Part shown: positions 9,438-21,759 of the stretch, piece after piece
Position numbering within the stretch: position 1 is the stretch's first letter
Layout: every line of letters begins with the position of its first letter
Source of the DNA: an uncultured delta proteobacterium
Lineage (GTDB): Bacteria > Myxococcota_A > Polyangia > Palsa-1104
Assembly (NCBI GenBank): GCA_963816965.1
Contig: CAWFMP010000002.1
Span: forward strand, 109,558 to 173,557
Reading direction: 5' to 3'
DNA: 64,000 nucleotides
Translations under genes and position numbers: made by a program
The notes under the pieces: model-generated
Seen by the model: only the letters and a program-made list of their open reading frames with translations
Told to the model about the DNA's origin: nothing
The model's database searches: none

Positions 9438-12400
9438 ATGAAGCGCTGGTGGCCGCCGAGCGTGAAGGGTCGCATCGACGAGCTGTTCCAGAACACGCTG
9501 TTTCGCTACCTCTTCGCCTTCGTCGTGGTGACGACGACGTACGCGATCCGGTTGTGGCTCGTCCCGCTGACCGGAACCGGCGCTCCCTATGTGTTGACCT
9601 TTGCCGCGGTGCTGGCGATCAGCCTCTTCGCCGGCGTCGGACCGGGAATCTGCGCCGTGCTGCTCAGCGTGCCGCTCGGCGCGGAGATCTTCGTGGTGCG
9701 CGCGGGCTACCCTCCCTTTCAGGCGGCCGTTCAGGCGCTGCTGTTCGCGGTGGACGGCTTTGTCGCCGTCTATCTGACGTTTCTCGTAGACAAGGGGCGC
9801 CGCTCCCTACAGGACGCCAACCAGCGGCTGCGCGACGCGAACGACGAGATCACGCGATCGGTCGAGCGCAGCAAAGACGTCATCGAGCTCGCGCCGGACG
9901 CCTTCTTCCTGGCGGATCTCGACGGGCACTTCAGCGACGTCAACCAGGAAGCCTGCCGGATGCTCGGCTACGCGCGCGAAGAGTTGGTCGGGAAGGCCTT
10001 CACCGATCTTCTCTCGCCCGAGGACGCGCCGCTCCTGCCGACACGCAAAGAGCTCGCGCCTGGACGGGTTCACCGGGCGGAATGGCGGCTGCTGCGGAGG
10101 GACGGCGGCGTCTTGCCGGTCGAGGTGAGCGCGTGCACTCTGCCCGACGGCCGCTGGCAGGCCTTCATGCGCGACATCAGCGAGCGCAAACGCGTCGAGG
10201 ATGAGCGTCAGGTATTCGTGTCTCTCCTGGAGAACTCCTCCGACTTCATCGGGATCGCCGATCCGGGCGGAAAGCCGGTCTATCTCAACCCCGCCGGTCG
10301 TCGAATGGTCGGCCTGGGCGCCGATCTTCCGTTGGATCAGATCCGAATCCAAGACTGCTACCCGCCCGCGCTGCGCTCCTTCGCGGTCGACGTGATCGTC
10401 AAGTCGACGCTGGAGCAGGGGCGCTGGTCCGGAGAGACCTACTTCCGAAATTGGCGGACCGAAGAGGCGATTCCGGTCTCCGACGAGCACTTCATGATCC
10501 GCGACCCGAAGAGCGGGCGGGTCCTCGGCATGGGCACGGTCACGCGGGACATCTCGGAGGCGCGGCGCATCGCCCAGGAACGTGAGCAGCTGCTGGCGGG
10601 CGAGCAGCGAGCCCGCCAGCAAGCCGAAGCGACCAACGAGCGGCTGCGCGAGTCCGAGGAGCGCTTCCGCCTCACCCTCGACGAGGCGCCGATCGGGATG
10701 GCGTTGGTCGCGCTCGACGGCCGCTTCGTCCGCGTCAATCGCGCGCTGTGCGAGCTCGTCGGTTACGGCCCCGACGAATTGACCAGCATGACCTTCCAGA
10801 CAGTCACCCACCCCGACGACCTCCAGACCGACCTCGCGCTCGCCGGTCGCCTCGCCCGCGGGGAGATCCCGAGCTACGAGCTGGAGAAGCGCTACCTGCG
10901 CAAGGACGGAACGGTCGTCGACATCACGCTCAGCGCTTCGATCCTTCGCGATCGAGATGGCTCGCCCCGCTACTACATCGCGCAGATGGAGGACATCACG
11001 GAGCGCAAGCGCGCAGAGCAGGCGCTGCGCCGATCGGAAGCGCAGTTCCGGGGGCTGATCGAGCGCATGCCCGATGGCGTGTTCGTCAATCAGGGCGGCC
11101 GCGTCGTCTACGCCAACGAAGCGATGGCCACCCTGCTCGGATACGACGACCGGGCGGCGCTGGTCGGCCATCCGATCCTCGAGCTGTTCCATCCGGACGA
11201 TCGCCCCATCGTTTTGGAGCGGATCACCGTCCTCCAGAAGACTGGCCTCGGCGTCCGGCCCAGGGAGCTGCGGATGATCTGCCGCAACGGAGAGCATTGC
11301 AGCGTCGAGACGGTTGCGCTCACCGTGCAATTCGAGGGCGAGCCGGGCATCGTCGTCGTCGTCCGCGATCTTACCGAGCGCAAGCAAGTGGAGCAGGCGC
11401 TGCGCATGTCAGAGGCGAAGTTCTCCGGAATCGTCTCCATCTCCGCCGATGCGATCATCTCGATAGACGACGAGCAGCGAATCACCATCTTCAACGACGG
11501 CGCGGAGAAGATCTTTGGCTACTCCAAGGCGGAGGCGATCGGCGCTCCGCTCGACCTGCTGTTTCCCGAGCGGTTTCGCCAGGGCCATCGTCGGCATATC
11601 GAGCGCTTTGCCGCCGGCCAGGTGGCGGCGCGTCGCATGGGAGAGCGCCTGACCACGATCGCCGGTCGGCGCAAGAGCGGCGAAGAGTTCCCCGCGGAGG
11701 CCGCGATCTCGAGGCTGAAGGTGGGCGACAAGACGCTCCTGACGGTGGCGCTGCGGGACATGACCGAGCGCAAGCGGGTCGAGAAGGAGCAGCAGTTTCT
11801 GGCCGACGCGGGCGCCGTGCTGGCCGCTACGCTCGACTACGAGCAGACGCTGGCGACCGTCGCGCGGCTGGTCGTTCGTGACTTCGCCGACTGGTGCATC
11901 GTCGACATCGTGGGGGACGATGAGCACCTTCGGCGGCTCAAGGTCGCCAGCGCGGACCCGGCCAAGGCGTCGCTCTGCGAGCTTCTGGAGCGTATGCCGC
12001 TCGATCGCGATCGGCCGCACCTGACGCGGCCCGTGATCGAGACCAGACGCCCCCTCCTCATCGAGACGGTCACCTCGCAGCGCCTCGAATCGTTTGCGCA
12101 AGGGCCGGATCACCTGCAGCTCTTGCGCGCCCTCGATCCGCTGTCGCTGATGGCGTTGCCGCTGCTGATGCGTGGACAGCTCCTCGGCGCGCTCGTCTTC
12201 ATCTCCTCGACCCCGTCTCGCCTCTACGGGCGGAGCGATCTTCGGCTGGCCGAAGCGCTGGCGGATCGGGCGGCCTTGGCGATCGAGAATGCACGCCTCT
12301 ACCGGGCTTCGGTCCAGGCCACGCAGCTCCGCGATCAGGTGCTCGGCATCGTCGCTCACGACCTGCGCAATCCGCTCAACACGATCCTGATGCAAGCCTC

Positions 12401-13031
12401 GGCGCTGCAGCGGCAGGGAGCCGAGCCCGAGCGGCGCTCGCAGCGCCCACGCGAGATCATCCGCCGGGCGGCCACGCGGATGAACCGGCTGATTCAAGAT
12501 CTCCTCGATGTCGCCCGCATGGAGGCGGGGCAGCTGACCATCGCACCTGCGCGACTGGCTGCCGATGAGCTCATCGTCGAGGCAGTGGAGCTGCAGAGGC
12601 CGCTCGCCGCCTCGTCCTCCCTCGAGCTTCGACTCGAGCTGCAGGGCGACCTCGCCGAGGTGTGGGGAGATCGCGATCGGCTCCTGCAGGTGTTCGAGAA
12701 CCTCATCGGCAACGCGATCAAGTTCACCGACGCCGACGGCCGAATCACGGTCGGCGCCGTCGCCAGCGATCGCGAGGTCGTGTTCTCGGTCGCGGACACC
12801 GGCTGCGGCATCGCGCCGGAGAGCGTGCCTCGCATCTTCGATCGGTTCTGGCAGGCGGCCGGCGGGGGTCGCCTCGGCGCCGGGCTCGGCCTTCCCATCA
12901 CCAAGGGCATCGTCGAGGCGCACGGCGGACGCATCTGGGTCGAGAGCACGCCGGGTCGGGGCAGCACCTTCTTCTTCTCGATCCCCAAGGCCGCCCCTGG
13001 CCACGATAGACCAGCGGACGTGCTGCACTAG
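9438..13031 (+). CDS. Multi-domain sensor histidine kinase (N-terminal membrane sensor, several PAS domains, GAF, HisKA, HATPase_c)
   Basis: N-terminal TM block resembles the KdpD-type membrane domain. There are at least 4 PAS-like modules, each ending in ..DI(T/S)ERK(R/Q).E... GAF-like region. H-box VAHDLRNPLN. G-boxes DTGCGI and GLGLPI. Confidence 0.9.
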   Translation: MKRWWPPSVKGRIDELFQNTLFRYLFAFVVVTTTYAIRLWLVPLTGTGAPYVLTFAAVLAISLFAGVGPGICAVLLSVPLGAEIFVVRAGYPPFQAAVQALLFAVDGFVAVYLTFLVDKGRRSLQDANQRLRDANDEITRSVERSKDVIELAPDAFFLADLDGHFSDVNQEACRMLGYAREELVGKAFTDLLSPEDAPLLPTRKELAPGRVHRAEWRLLRRDGGVLPVEVSACTLPDGRWQAFMRDISERKRVEDERQVFVSLLENSSDFIGIADPGGKPVYLNPAGRRMVGLGADLPLDQIRIQDCYPPALRSFAVDVIVKSTLEQGRWSGETYFRNWRTEEAIPVSDEHFMIRDPKSGRVLGMGTVTRDISEARRIAQEREQLLAGEQRARQQAEATNERLRESEERFRLTLDEAPIGMALVALDGRFVRVNRALCELVGYGPDELTSMTFQTVTHPDDLQTDLALAGRLARGEIPSYELEKRYLRKDGTVVDITLSASILRDRDGSPRYYIAQMEDITERKRAEQALRRSEAQFRGLIERMPDGVFVNQGGRVVYANEAMATLLGYDDRAALVGHPILELFHPDDRPIVLERITVLQKTGLGVRPRELRMICRNGEHCSVETVALTVQFEGEPGIVVVVRDLTERKQVEQALRMSEAKFSGIVSISADAIISIDDEQRITIFNDGAEKIFGYSKAEAIGAPLDLLFPERFRQGHRRHIERFAAGQVAARRMGERLTTIAGRRKSGEEFPAEAAISRLKVGDKTLLTVALRDMTERKRVEKEQQFLADAGAVLAATLDYEQTLATVARLVVRDFADWCIVDIVGDDEHLRRLKVASADPAKASLCELLERMPLDRDRPHLTRPVIETRRPLLIETVTSQRLESFAQGPDHLQLLRALDPLSLMALPLLMRGQLLGALVFISSTPSRLYGRSDLRLAEALADRAALAIENARLYRASVQATQLRDQVLGIVAHDLRNPLNTILMQASALQRQGAEPERRSQRPREIIRRAATRMNRLIQDLLDVARMEAGQLTIAPARLAADELIVEAVELQRPLAASSSLELRLELQGDLAEVWGDRDRLLQVFENLIGNAIKFTDADGRITVGAVASDREVVFSVADTGCGIAPESVPRIFDRFWQAAGGGRLGAGLGLPITKGIVEAHGGRIWVESTPGRGSTFFFSIPKAAPGHDRPADVLH

Positions 13032-13097
13032 CAGTACGCCGCCCCACCAGATTTCGGGCGGGAAGCTCGCGCACGGCCCGGGCGTTATAGTGCGCGC

Positions 13098-13975
<878 letters not shown>

Positions 13976-13979
<4 letters not shown>

Positions 13980-16900
13980 TCGCGGCCATCGCCGGCTTCG
14001 AGCTCAAGCGGCGGCTGATGCGGCCGTCGACCTACGTCTATTTCGCGCTCTTCTTCGTGCTCGCGTTTCTGTTGATGATCGCCGCCGGCGGCGCCTTCTC
14101 CAGCGTCTCGGTGGGCCTGGGCGCGGGCGGCAAGGTGATGATCAATTCGCCCTATACGCTGCAGCAGTTCATCGCGCTGCTCAGCTATTTCGGACTATTG
14201 ATCACCGGCGCCGTCGCCGGGCAGGCGGTGTATCAGGATTTTCATACCAACTGTCATCCTTTCTTCTTCACGGCGCCGATCTCGGAGCGGCAATATCTGG
14301 CCGGGCGCTTCCTCGGCGCGTTCGCCGTGGTGCTGATCGTGTTTTGCAGCATCGGGCTCGGCTGTTGGGCGGGCAGCGAGATGTTCTTCCTGGAGAAGAG
14401 CCTGGTGGGGCCCAACCGGGCGATGGCCTATCTCCAGCCCTATCTGGTCTCGGTCATCCCCAACCTCTTGTTCACCAGCGCCCTGTTCTTCGGGCTGGCG
14501 GCGCTGACGCGCAAGATAGCGCCGGTCTACGTGACCAGCGTCCTGCTGCTGATCGGATATCTCATCGCCTCCACGCTCGGCGCCAAGCTGGAGAACAAGA
14601 CGCTGGCGGCGATGATCGATCCCTTCGGCATGCAGGCGGCGGCGCGCCTCACCGAATATTGGACCATCGCCGAGAAGAACACGCGGCTGGTCCCGTTGCG
14701 CGGCATCTTCCTGGCCAATCGGCTGCTCTGGTCGGCGATCGGCCTGGGCGCGCTCGCCTTCACGGCGCGGCGCTTCCGCTTCGCCCATCCGAGCCAGGGC
14801 GGCGGCGCGCGCCGCGACGACGCTCGCGCCGACGCGCCGGGGCTGGCGCTGCCGTCGAGCGAGCCGGCCGCCGCGCCGAGCGCGCTGCAGAAGCTGGCCG
14901 GGCTCACCTGGCTCTCGTTCCAGGAGACGGTGAAGAACGTCTACTTCGCCGTCATCGTGCTCGCCGGCGTGCTCTTCATGGTCGTGGCCGCCTCGACGAT
15001 GGGCAGCCTCTACGGCACCAACACCTACCCGGTCACCTACGAGGTGCTCGACCTGGTCGGCGGCAGCTTCTCGCTGTTCATGATCATCATCATCACGCTC
15101 TACTCCGGCGAGCTGGTCTGGCGCGAGCGCGACGCGCGCGTCGATCAGCTGTTCGACGCCCTGCCGATCCCCACCTGGCTGCCGTTCACCGCCAAGCTGC
15201 TGGCGCTGATCCTCACGCAGGTGCTGCTGCTCGGCGTGGTGATGGTGGCGGGAATGCTGATTCAATCGTTCAAGGGCTATTTCCACTTCGAGATCGGCCT
15301 GTATCTGAAGGAGCTGTTCGGGCTGCAGCTGGTCAGCTACGCGCTCATCTGCGTGCTGGCGATGTTCGTGCAGGTGCTGGTGAACCAGAAGTACCTGGGC
15401 CACTTCATCATGGTGGTCTATTACATCGCCAGCGCCTTCATGCCCCGGTTCGGGCTCGAGCACCATTTGTATCGATATGGATCGGCGCCCGATTACACCT
15501 ATTCGGATATGAACGGATACGGCCATTTCCTCCGGCCGGTCTTCTATTTCGACCTGTATTGGGCGGCGTTCGCCGTGCTCCTGGCCATCGCTGCCAACCT
15601 GTTGTGGGTGCGCGGCCTGGAGAGCTCGCTGCGCCGGCGCCTGGGCCTCGGGCGGGCCCGCTTCACGCCGCGGCTGCGGCTGGCCACGGGCATCGTCGCC
15701 CTCTTCTTCGTCGGCGTCGGCGCCTTCATCTTCTACAACACCAACGTCCTCAACAAATATCGGACCGAGTTCGAGCGCAATCGCATCTTCGCCGAGTACG
15801 AGAGGCGCTATAAGAACCTGGAGCACGCGCCGCAGCCGCGCATCACCGACGTCGACTGGACCGCCGATCTATATCCCGCCCAAGAGGCGCTGCGCGCGCA
15901 CGGCCGCTATACGCTGGTCAACAAGACCCGGCAGCCGATCTCCGCCGTCTACGTCGACGTCGATCCCGACGTCACCATCCACCGGCTCGCCGTCGGCTCC
16001 GTGGCCAAGCCGACCACGAGCGACGCGCGCGTCGGCTTTCACACCTTCACCCTGCCCGCGCCGCTGCCACCCGGCGCCGCCACCTGGCTGGAGTTCGATC
16101 TCGAGCTGCGCCCGCACGGCTTCCAGAACGGGCAGGCGAGCACCAGCATCGTCGGCAACGGCACCTTCTTCTCCAGCGACAACCTGCCGCACATCGGCTA
16201 CGTCGCCGAGGCCGAGCTCTCCGACGACGACGCGCGCCGCAAGCAGGGGCTGGCGCCGCGCGCGCGCATGGCCGACGTCGACGACCTGGCGGCGCGGCAG
16301 AACACCTACGTCGCCAGCGACGCCGACTGGATCAACCTGACCACCACCGTGAGCACCAGCGGCGACCAGCTCGCCGTCGCCCCCGGGGCGCTGGAGCGCC
16401 AGTGGCAGGCGGACGGGCGCCGCTACTTCCGCTACCGCACGCCGCGGCCGGTGCTGCCGCTGTACGCGATCCTGTCGGCGCGCTACCAGGTGCGGCGCGA
16501 CCACTGGAACGACGTCGATATCGAAATCGATTATCAACCGGGGCATGAATACAACGTCGGGCGAATGATCGCAGGCGTCCAGCGCACGCTCGACTATTGC
16601 ACCAAAAACTTCGGCCCCTATCCGCACAAGCTGGTGCGCATCGTCGAGTTTCCGCGCTACCAGAGCTTCGCGCAGTCGCTGCCCAACATCATTCCCTACT
16701 CGGAATCGGTGGGCTTCATCGCCAAGGTCGATCCCAAAGGCGAGGACGACATCGACTATCCGTTCTACATCACCGCGCACGAGGTGGCCCACCAGTGGTG
16801 GGCACACCAGGTGATTGGCGGCAACGTGCAGGGCTCGACGATGCTGTCGGAGACGATGGCGCAGTACTCGGCGCTGATGGTGATGAAGCAGGAGTTCGGC

Positions 16901-17545
16901 ACCGAGAAGATGAAGCGGTTCCTCCGCTACGAGCTCGATCGCTACCTCATCGGCCGCAGCCTCGAGCGCAAGAAGGAGCTGCCGCTGGTGCGGGTGGAGA
17001 ACCAGCCGTACATCCATTATCAAAAGGGCAGCCTGGTCATGTACGCGCTGCAGGATTACCTGGGCGAGGACACGGTCAATCGCGCGCTGGCGGAGTATCT
17101 GCGCGCGGTGGCGTATCAATCGCCGCCGTATACCAATTCGCGCGAGCTGGTGGCGCGCTTCAAGAAGGTGACGCCGCCCGAGCTGCAATACCTGATCGAA
17201 GATCTGTTCGAGACCATCACGCTCTACGACAACCGCGCGCTCAAGGCGGTGGTGCGCCCCAAGGGCGGCAAGTTCGAGGTCACGCTCACCGTGTCGGCCA
17301 AGAAGCTGCGCGCCGGCGAGCTCGGCGCCGAGCAGGAGCTCCCGCTCGATGATCTCATCGCCGTCGGCGTCTACGGCAGCGACGGCAAGCTGCTGCTGTT
17401 GGAGAAGCGGCGCTTCACCAAGGAGCGCACCGAGCTCGTGCTCACCGTGGCCGCGCCGCCGACGAAGGCGGGCATCGATCCGTTGAACGAGCTGATCGAC
17501 CGGCGCCCCAACGACAACGTCATTCCCGTCGAGAAAGCAGACTAA
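13976..17545 (+). CDS. ABC-2-type permease fused to an M1-family zinc metallopeptidase domain
   Basis: GTG start overlaps the ATPase stop (GTGA). The first ~560 aa contain about 12 hydrophobic segments. The C-terminal half carries HEVAHQWW...LSETMAQY (HEXXH plus a downstream Glu), typical of M1 peptidases. Confidence 0.85.
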
Positions 17546-17605
17546 CCCCCGCCGCGTCCAACGAGCGCACGGCTCAGCGCCGACGTGCGACGACCCCGAC
17601 GTTGC

Positions 17606-17641
17606 GCACGCTTCGTACACTCGAGTGCACGCTTCGTACAC
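17606..17641 (+). promoter_or_regulatory. Two direct repeats of GCACGCTTCGTACAC spaced 21 bp apart, upstream of the multihaem cytochrome gene
   Basis: Identical 15-mers at 17606-17620 and 17627-17641. The 21-bp periodicity equals two helical turns. They lie in the 210-bp intergenic region. Confidence 0.3.
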
Positions 17642-17680
17642 CCAGGTGCATGTTGATGTAGGCGCCTTTCTCGTCGCTGC

Positions 17681-17720
17681 GCGCGCAGCGCGGTGCGCGC
17701 AGCGCGGTGCGCGCAGCGAT
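17681..17720. repeat. 14-bp tandem repeat GCGCGCAGCGCGGT, about 2.9 copies
   Basis: Read directly at 17681, 17695 and 17709 (the last is partial), just upstream of the tentative cytochrome start. Confidence 0.8.
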
Positions 17721-17755
17721 GCGCGAGGCACCGATGTTGCTCCGCTGCAACGCAC

Positions 17756-20700
17756 ATGACGAGCGACTTGGACTCGCGCACCGATTCGCTACCAGATTCG
17801 CCTCCGCCGGCTGGGGGTGAAGTCTCCGACGCGGAGATAGTTCCCCCACCCGCCCGTCGGAGTGCGCGGCCCACCTGGCCTCACCTCTTCCTCTCGATCG
17901 TAATGGGCACGTCCGCCGGCGGCTGTCTGCCCGGCTGGCCCGCGCACGACGGCGGCGCCCCCAGTGACATGGGTGCCCCCGACATGCCACCCGCCCCGCG
18001 CGTGGGCTTCCCGGGGGGCACGATGACCGATCCCTCGAACAGCATCTCTGTGGACGCCCTCGTCCCCACCTACTCCGCGACCACGATCGCCGGCCTCACG
18101 CTGCAGACCGAGTCGCTGCCGATGCCGATGGACCACCTCTCGTTGCAAGTGAGCTCGGCCGCGTTCGGTGCCTGCACCAACTGCCACAGCAACCTCGGCG
18201 CCGGCGGCTCGTACTACCCGGGCGTGCTGCACTCGTCGCTGGCGAACCTGCAGGTCGCCGAGCCGACCGCCTGCTCCGACTGCCACGCCACCTCGATGCC
18301 GACCGGCTTCGTCGGCCCGACGGCGACCACGCCCGCGCGCACGCCGTCTTCGGGCGAGATGAAGCACGACGCGGTCGAGTGGGTCAACGACGCGCCGACC
18401 TCCACCAAGATCGTCCCCGCCGAGTGTGGAACCTGCCACGCGAGCCCGTCGCAGAGCCTGAACGCCTCCTGGGCCACCGGCGTCGACGGCACCACGCCGG
18501 TGAAGTTCCACCCGTCGCTGACCGCCGCCGGGCTGCCGCAGCCGGCCTCCTGCGTCGACTGCCACGCCAACACGCGCCCCAACGCGGTGCTCACGTCGGC
18601 CAACTCGGCGCTGCCGGCGGTGCTGCAGTTCGATCACACGGCGGCGAACGCGCTCACCGACTGCGCGTCGTGCCACACCAAGACCGACGCCTGGCCGGGC
18701 GGCAAGTTCCACCTCCCCGGCAGCGCCACGCCCACCACCTGTCTGTCCTGCCATCAGGGCGAGCGCCCGACCTCGACGGCCGGCTGGACCAGCACCAGCT
18801 ACACCAGCGTGCCGTTCGACTACGTGACCAACTCGCACGGCATCACGCACGGCGACGGGCTCGACTGCGTGACCTGCCACAACGGACCGGGCAGCGGCAC
18901 CTGGGGCGTCAACCAGAACTGGACCGGCGGCAAGTTCGTCCACGGCGTCAAGACGGCGTCGGGCACCACCTGCATCGCCTGCCACACGACGCAGCGGCCC
19001 GATCTGCAGCCGGGCACCAGCGCCGCCGCGATGGCGACGCTGCTCGGCTTCGACCACTCGATCAACGGCACCGGCGACTGCTTCGGCTGCCATCAGTCCA
19101 CCGTCGGCGTCGGCAGCTACGTCAACTACGACAACCCCGGCAGCGGCACGCTCCCCGGAGGCGATTGGAAGGGCGGCGTCAGCTACCCCGGCTCGACGCT
19201 GATCTCGGGCAGCGATCAGTTCGTGACCGTCACCGAGATCGCGCTCAACCGCTCGGGCGCGCTCAACCTCGTGACCAGCACGACCTCGTCGGCGGCCACG
19301 CTCTACAACAGCATGCTCCACGTCTCGAGCGTGCTGCCGCCGCAGCTCAGCGCCGGCCCGACCGGCATGCCCGACACCACCAAGTGCTGGCACTGCCACA
19401 CCAACAACAACGGCATCGTCACCGCCTACGCCAACGGCCAGTACCACTCCTCGCTCACCAACTTCACCGCCACGCCCGGCGGCGCGGTCACGCCGTTCCC
19501 GCAACCGACCTCGAATTGCGCCGACTGCCACTCGCCGATGCGGCCCACCAACATCGTCGAGAAGGGGGCATCGGAGCTTCAGCCGATGGATCACAACGCG
19601 CTGTTCACCACGACCGTGACGATCGGCGGCACCGCGGTCAACGGCGTCAGCGGCATCGAGTGCTCGGTGTGCCACCACAGCCCCGGCGTCAGCTGGACCG
19701 ACGGCCTGTTCCACGCAGAACATCGGCGCCGCCGTCCCCGCGGACTGCACCATCTGCCACTACCCGCTCATGGCCGACAAGACCAAGTCGGATCTGACCA
19801 GCGGCGTGAGCTACACGATGACCCACGCCTCGACGCAGCTCACGTTGCAGAACTGCCAGACCTGCCACACGGCCGCGCTCTCCAAGGCGGCCATGACCCC
19901 GGCCTCGACGCTGTGGCAACCGGGGGCGCTCCACCCGAACGTCGCCGGCCAGCCGACCGCGTGCGTCGACTGCCACACGATCTCGGAACCGCAGCCGAAC
20001 GCGTCCACGCAGAGCAGCTGGACGTACACGCTCGCCGCGGGCGGCACCGCCACCAACGGCGCACAGTGGATGAACCACGGCTCATCGCAGCTCGGCGGCC
20101 GCGACTGCGTCTCCTGCCACGCCTCCGATGCCATGACCACGGGCAGCGCGTGGAGCAAGGCCGATCGCTTCCACACGGTGGTCCCGAGCCCGACCACCTG
20201 CCAGCAGTGCCACGGCCTCACCAACGGTGGCGGCGCGGTGGCGGGCACCAAGAACAACCTGCCGCAGGGGCTCACCAGCTCGTCGACGCCGACCAGCGCC
20301 AGCGCCGACTCCACCACCGGCGTGCCGGCGGGCACGCTCGATCAGATCATCCACACCGACGTCAACGTCTCGGGCCACGACTGCAACTTCTGCCACACGC
20401 AGATCGGCATCTCGAGCAGCGCCGGCATCAGCGGCAAGGAGTGGGCGCAGGCGAAGTTCCACGCGCAGCTTCAGCGCCGCCAACCCGCTGGTGCTGAACG
20501 CGACCACGGGCCGCTGCAGCAACTGCCACATGAACGTCAAGCCGGGTCCTGGCTTCGCCGCGCAGGATCACAGCGCCTTCACCAACACCTCCGGCAGCGA
20601 GGACTGCAGCTCGTGCCACTCGTGGCCCGGCACCGGCACGGCCGCCGCGCCCAACTGGCTCGGCGCCGCCGGCGGCATGCCGATCTACATCAGCGTGGGC

Positions 20701-21198
20701 GGCTTTGCGATCACGCAGCCCCCGGCCGCGACGGCGACGACGCAGAAGGGCATCACCAACCTGCCGCACCCGACGGTGGCGTCGGGCACGGCCTGCACCA
20801 CCTGCCACGCGACGACGGCCGGCGGCAAGGGCGCGCACGGCTACGACCACGGCTCACCGCTCATCAACTCCAACTGCAGCTCGTGCCACGAAGCCGGATC
20901 CGACCTGGTCGGGACGCCGTGGAACAGCTCGACGACCACCGCCTCCGGCGCAGGCGACACGCGGCCCTTTACGCTCACCAGCGTCGTGGCGACGAGGGGC
21001 GGCAGCAAGCTGACCGTGACCTACAAGAACCACTTCTACCCGGTGGATTGCTACCAGTGCCACAACGCGCCGGCGGGAGTGGCGTCGGTCAATACCGGCA
21101 CTGCCTACACCAACGCGTGGACCTTCCCGCACACGAACTCGAGGATGACCAACCCGTCGACGTGCGTGATGTGCCACACCAACGGCGTACCGAACTGA
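17756..21198 (+). CDS. Very large multihaem cytochrome c lipoprotein (about 24 CXXCH), reading frame interrupted twice
   Basis: Three ORF-track frames (17693-20497, 19770-21218, 20227-21198) join into one protein if one base is skipped near 19718 and one near 20469. There are 24 CXXCH motifs (CTNCH ... CVMCH), most preceded by a conserved His. Lipobox-like LSIVMGTSAGGC. The ATG 17756 start is tentative. Confidence 0.8.
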
Positions 21199-21205
21199 TC
21201 CGCGC

Positions 21206-21715
21206 TCACCCTGTCTGACGCGCGCGCGAGGCGTCGCCGAGCGCCCACCAGCCGATGAGCGGCGTGACCAGGGCGCCGAGCCCGGCGGCGAAGCTCGCCT
21301 TGAACCAGATGAAGCGCGTGATCGGCAGCTGCGCGGGCCCCACGAGCGCGAACAGGATTACGACCGGCGTCGCCACCAGCGCGACCGCCGCGGCGCCGAC
21401 GATCGCCCCACGCTTGAGGCGCGAGCGCCGCGCCCAGGCGGTCGGGCGCATGGCAGCTGGCGCAAGGGGCGGCAGGAGTCCGCGCGCGACCTGGATCCGG
21501 ACCAGGGGCGTCACGATGAGCGACGTCAACAGCGGCAGGATGAACGCGGTAGCCAGCGTGTCGGACGCGATGCTCGACCTCCCGAAGAGCGGCACCGACG
21601 TGGCCGACCGGAACAGGAGCCAGGCGAGCGCGCCGTTCACCACGAAGTTCACGATCGTGGAACCGACGAGCTCGTCGACGATCAGAAAGCGGCGGTGCGC
21701 AGGCGATAGGGCCAT
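21206..21715 (-). CDS. Hypothetical integral membrane protein (about 4 TM)
   Basis: 169-aa ORF with four clear hydrophobic helices. No family recognised. Confidence 0.55.
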   Translation of the reverse strand: MALSPAHRRFLIVDELVGSTIVNFVVNGALAWLLFRSATSVPLFGRSSIASDTLATAFILPLLTSLIVTPLVRIQVARGLLPPLAPAAMRPTAWARRSRLKRGAIVGAAAVALVATPVVILFALVGPAQLPITRFIWFKASFAAGLGALVTPLIGWWALGDASRARQTG

Positions 21716-21759
21716 GACGGGGGCAGTCTCTCACAACTCCGGATCCGGGCCCTCGCCGC

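Noticed and set aside
17756-21198. Programmed +1 ribosomal frameshifting in the 24-haem cytochrome (both breaks follow TTCCACGC)
   Set aside because: The same kind of single-base break occurs in at least eight unrelated genes in this window without that context. No slippery or rare-codon stall motif is evident. Sequence error or decay is the more economical explanation. The shared context is still reported in the findings.
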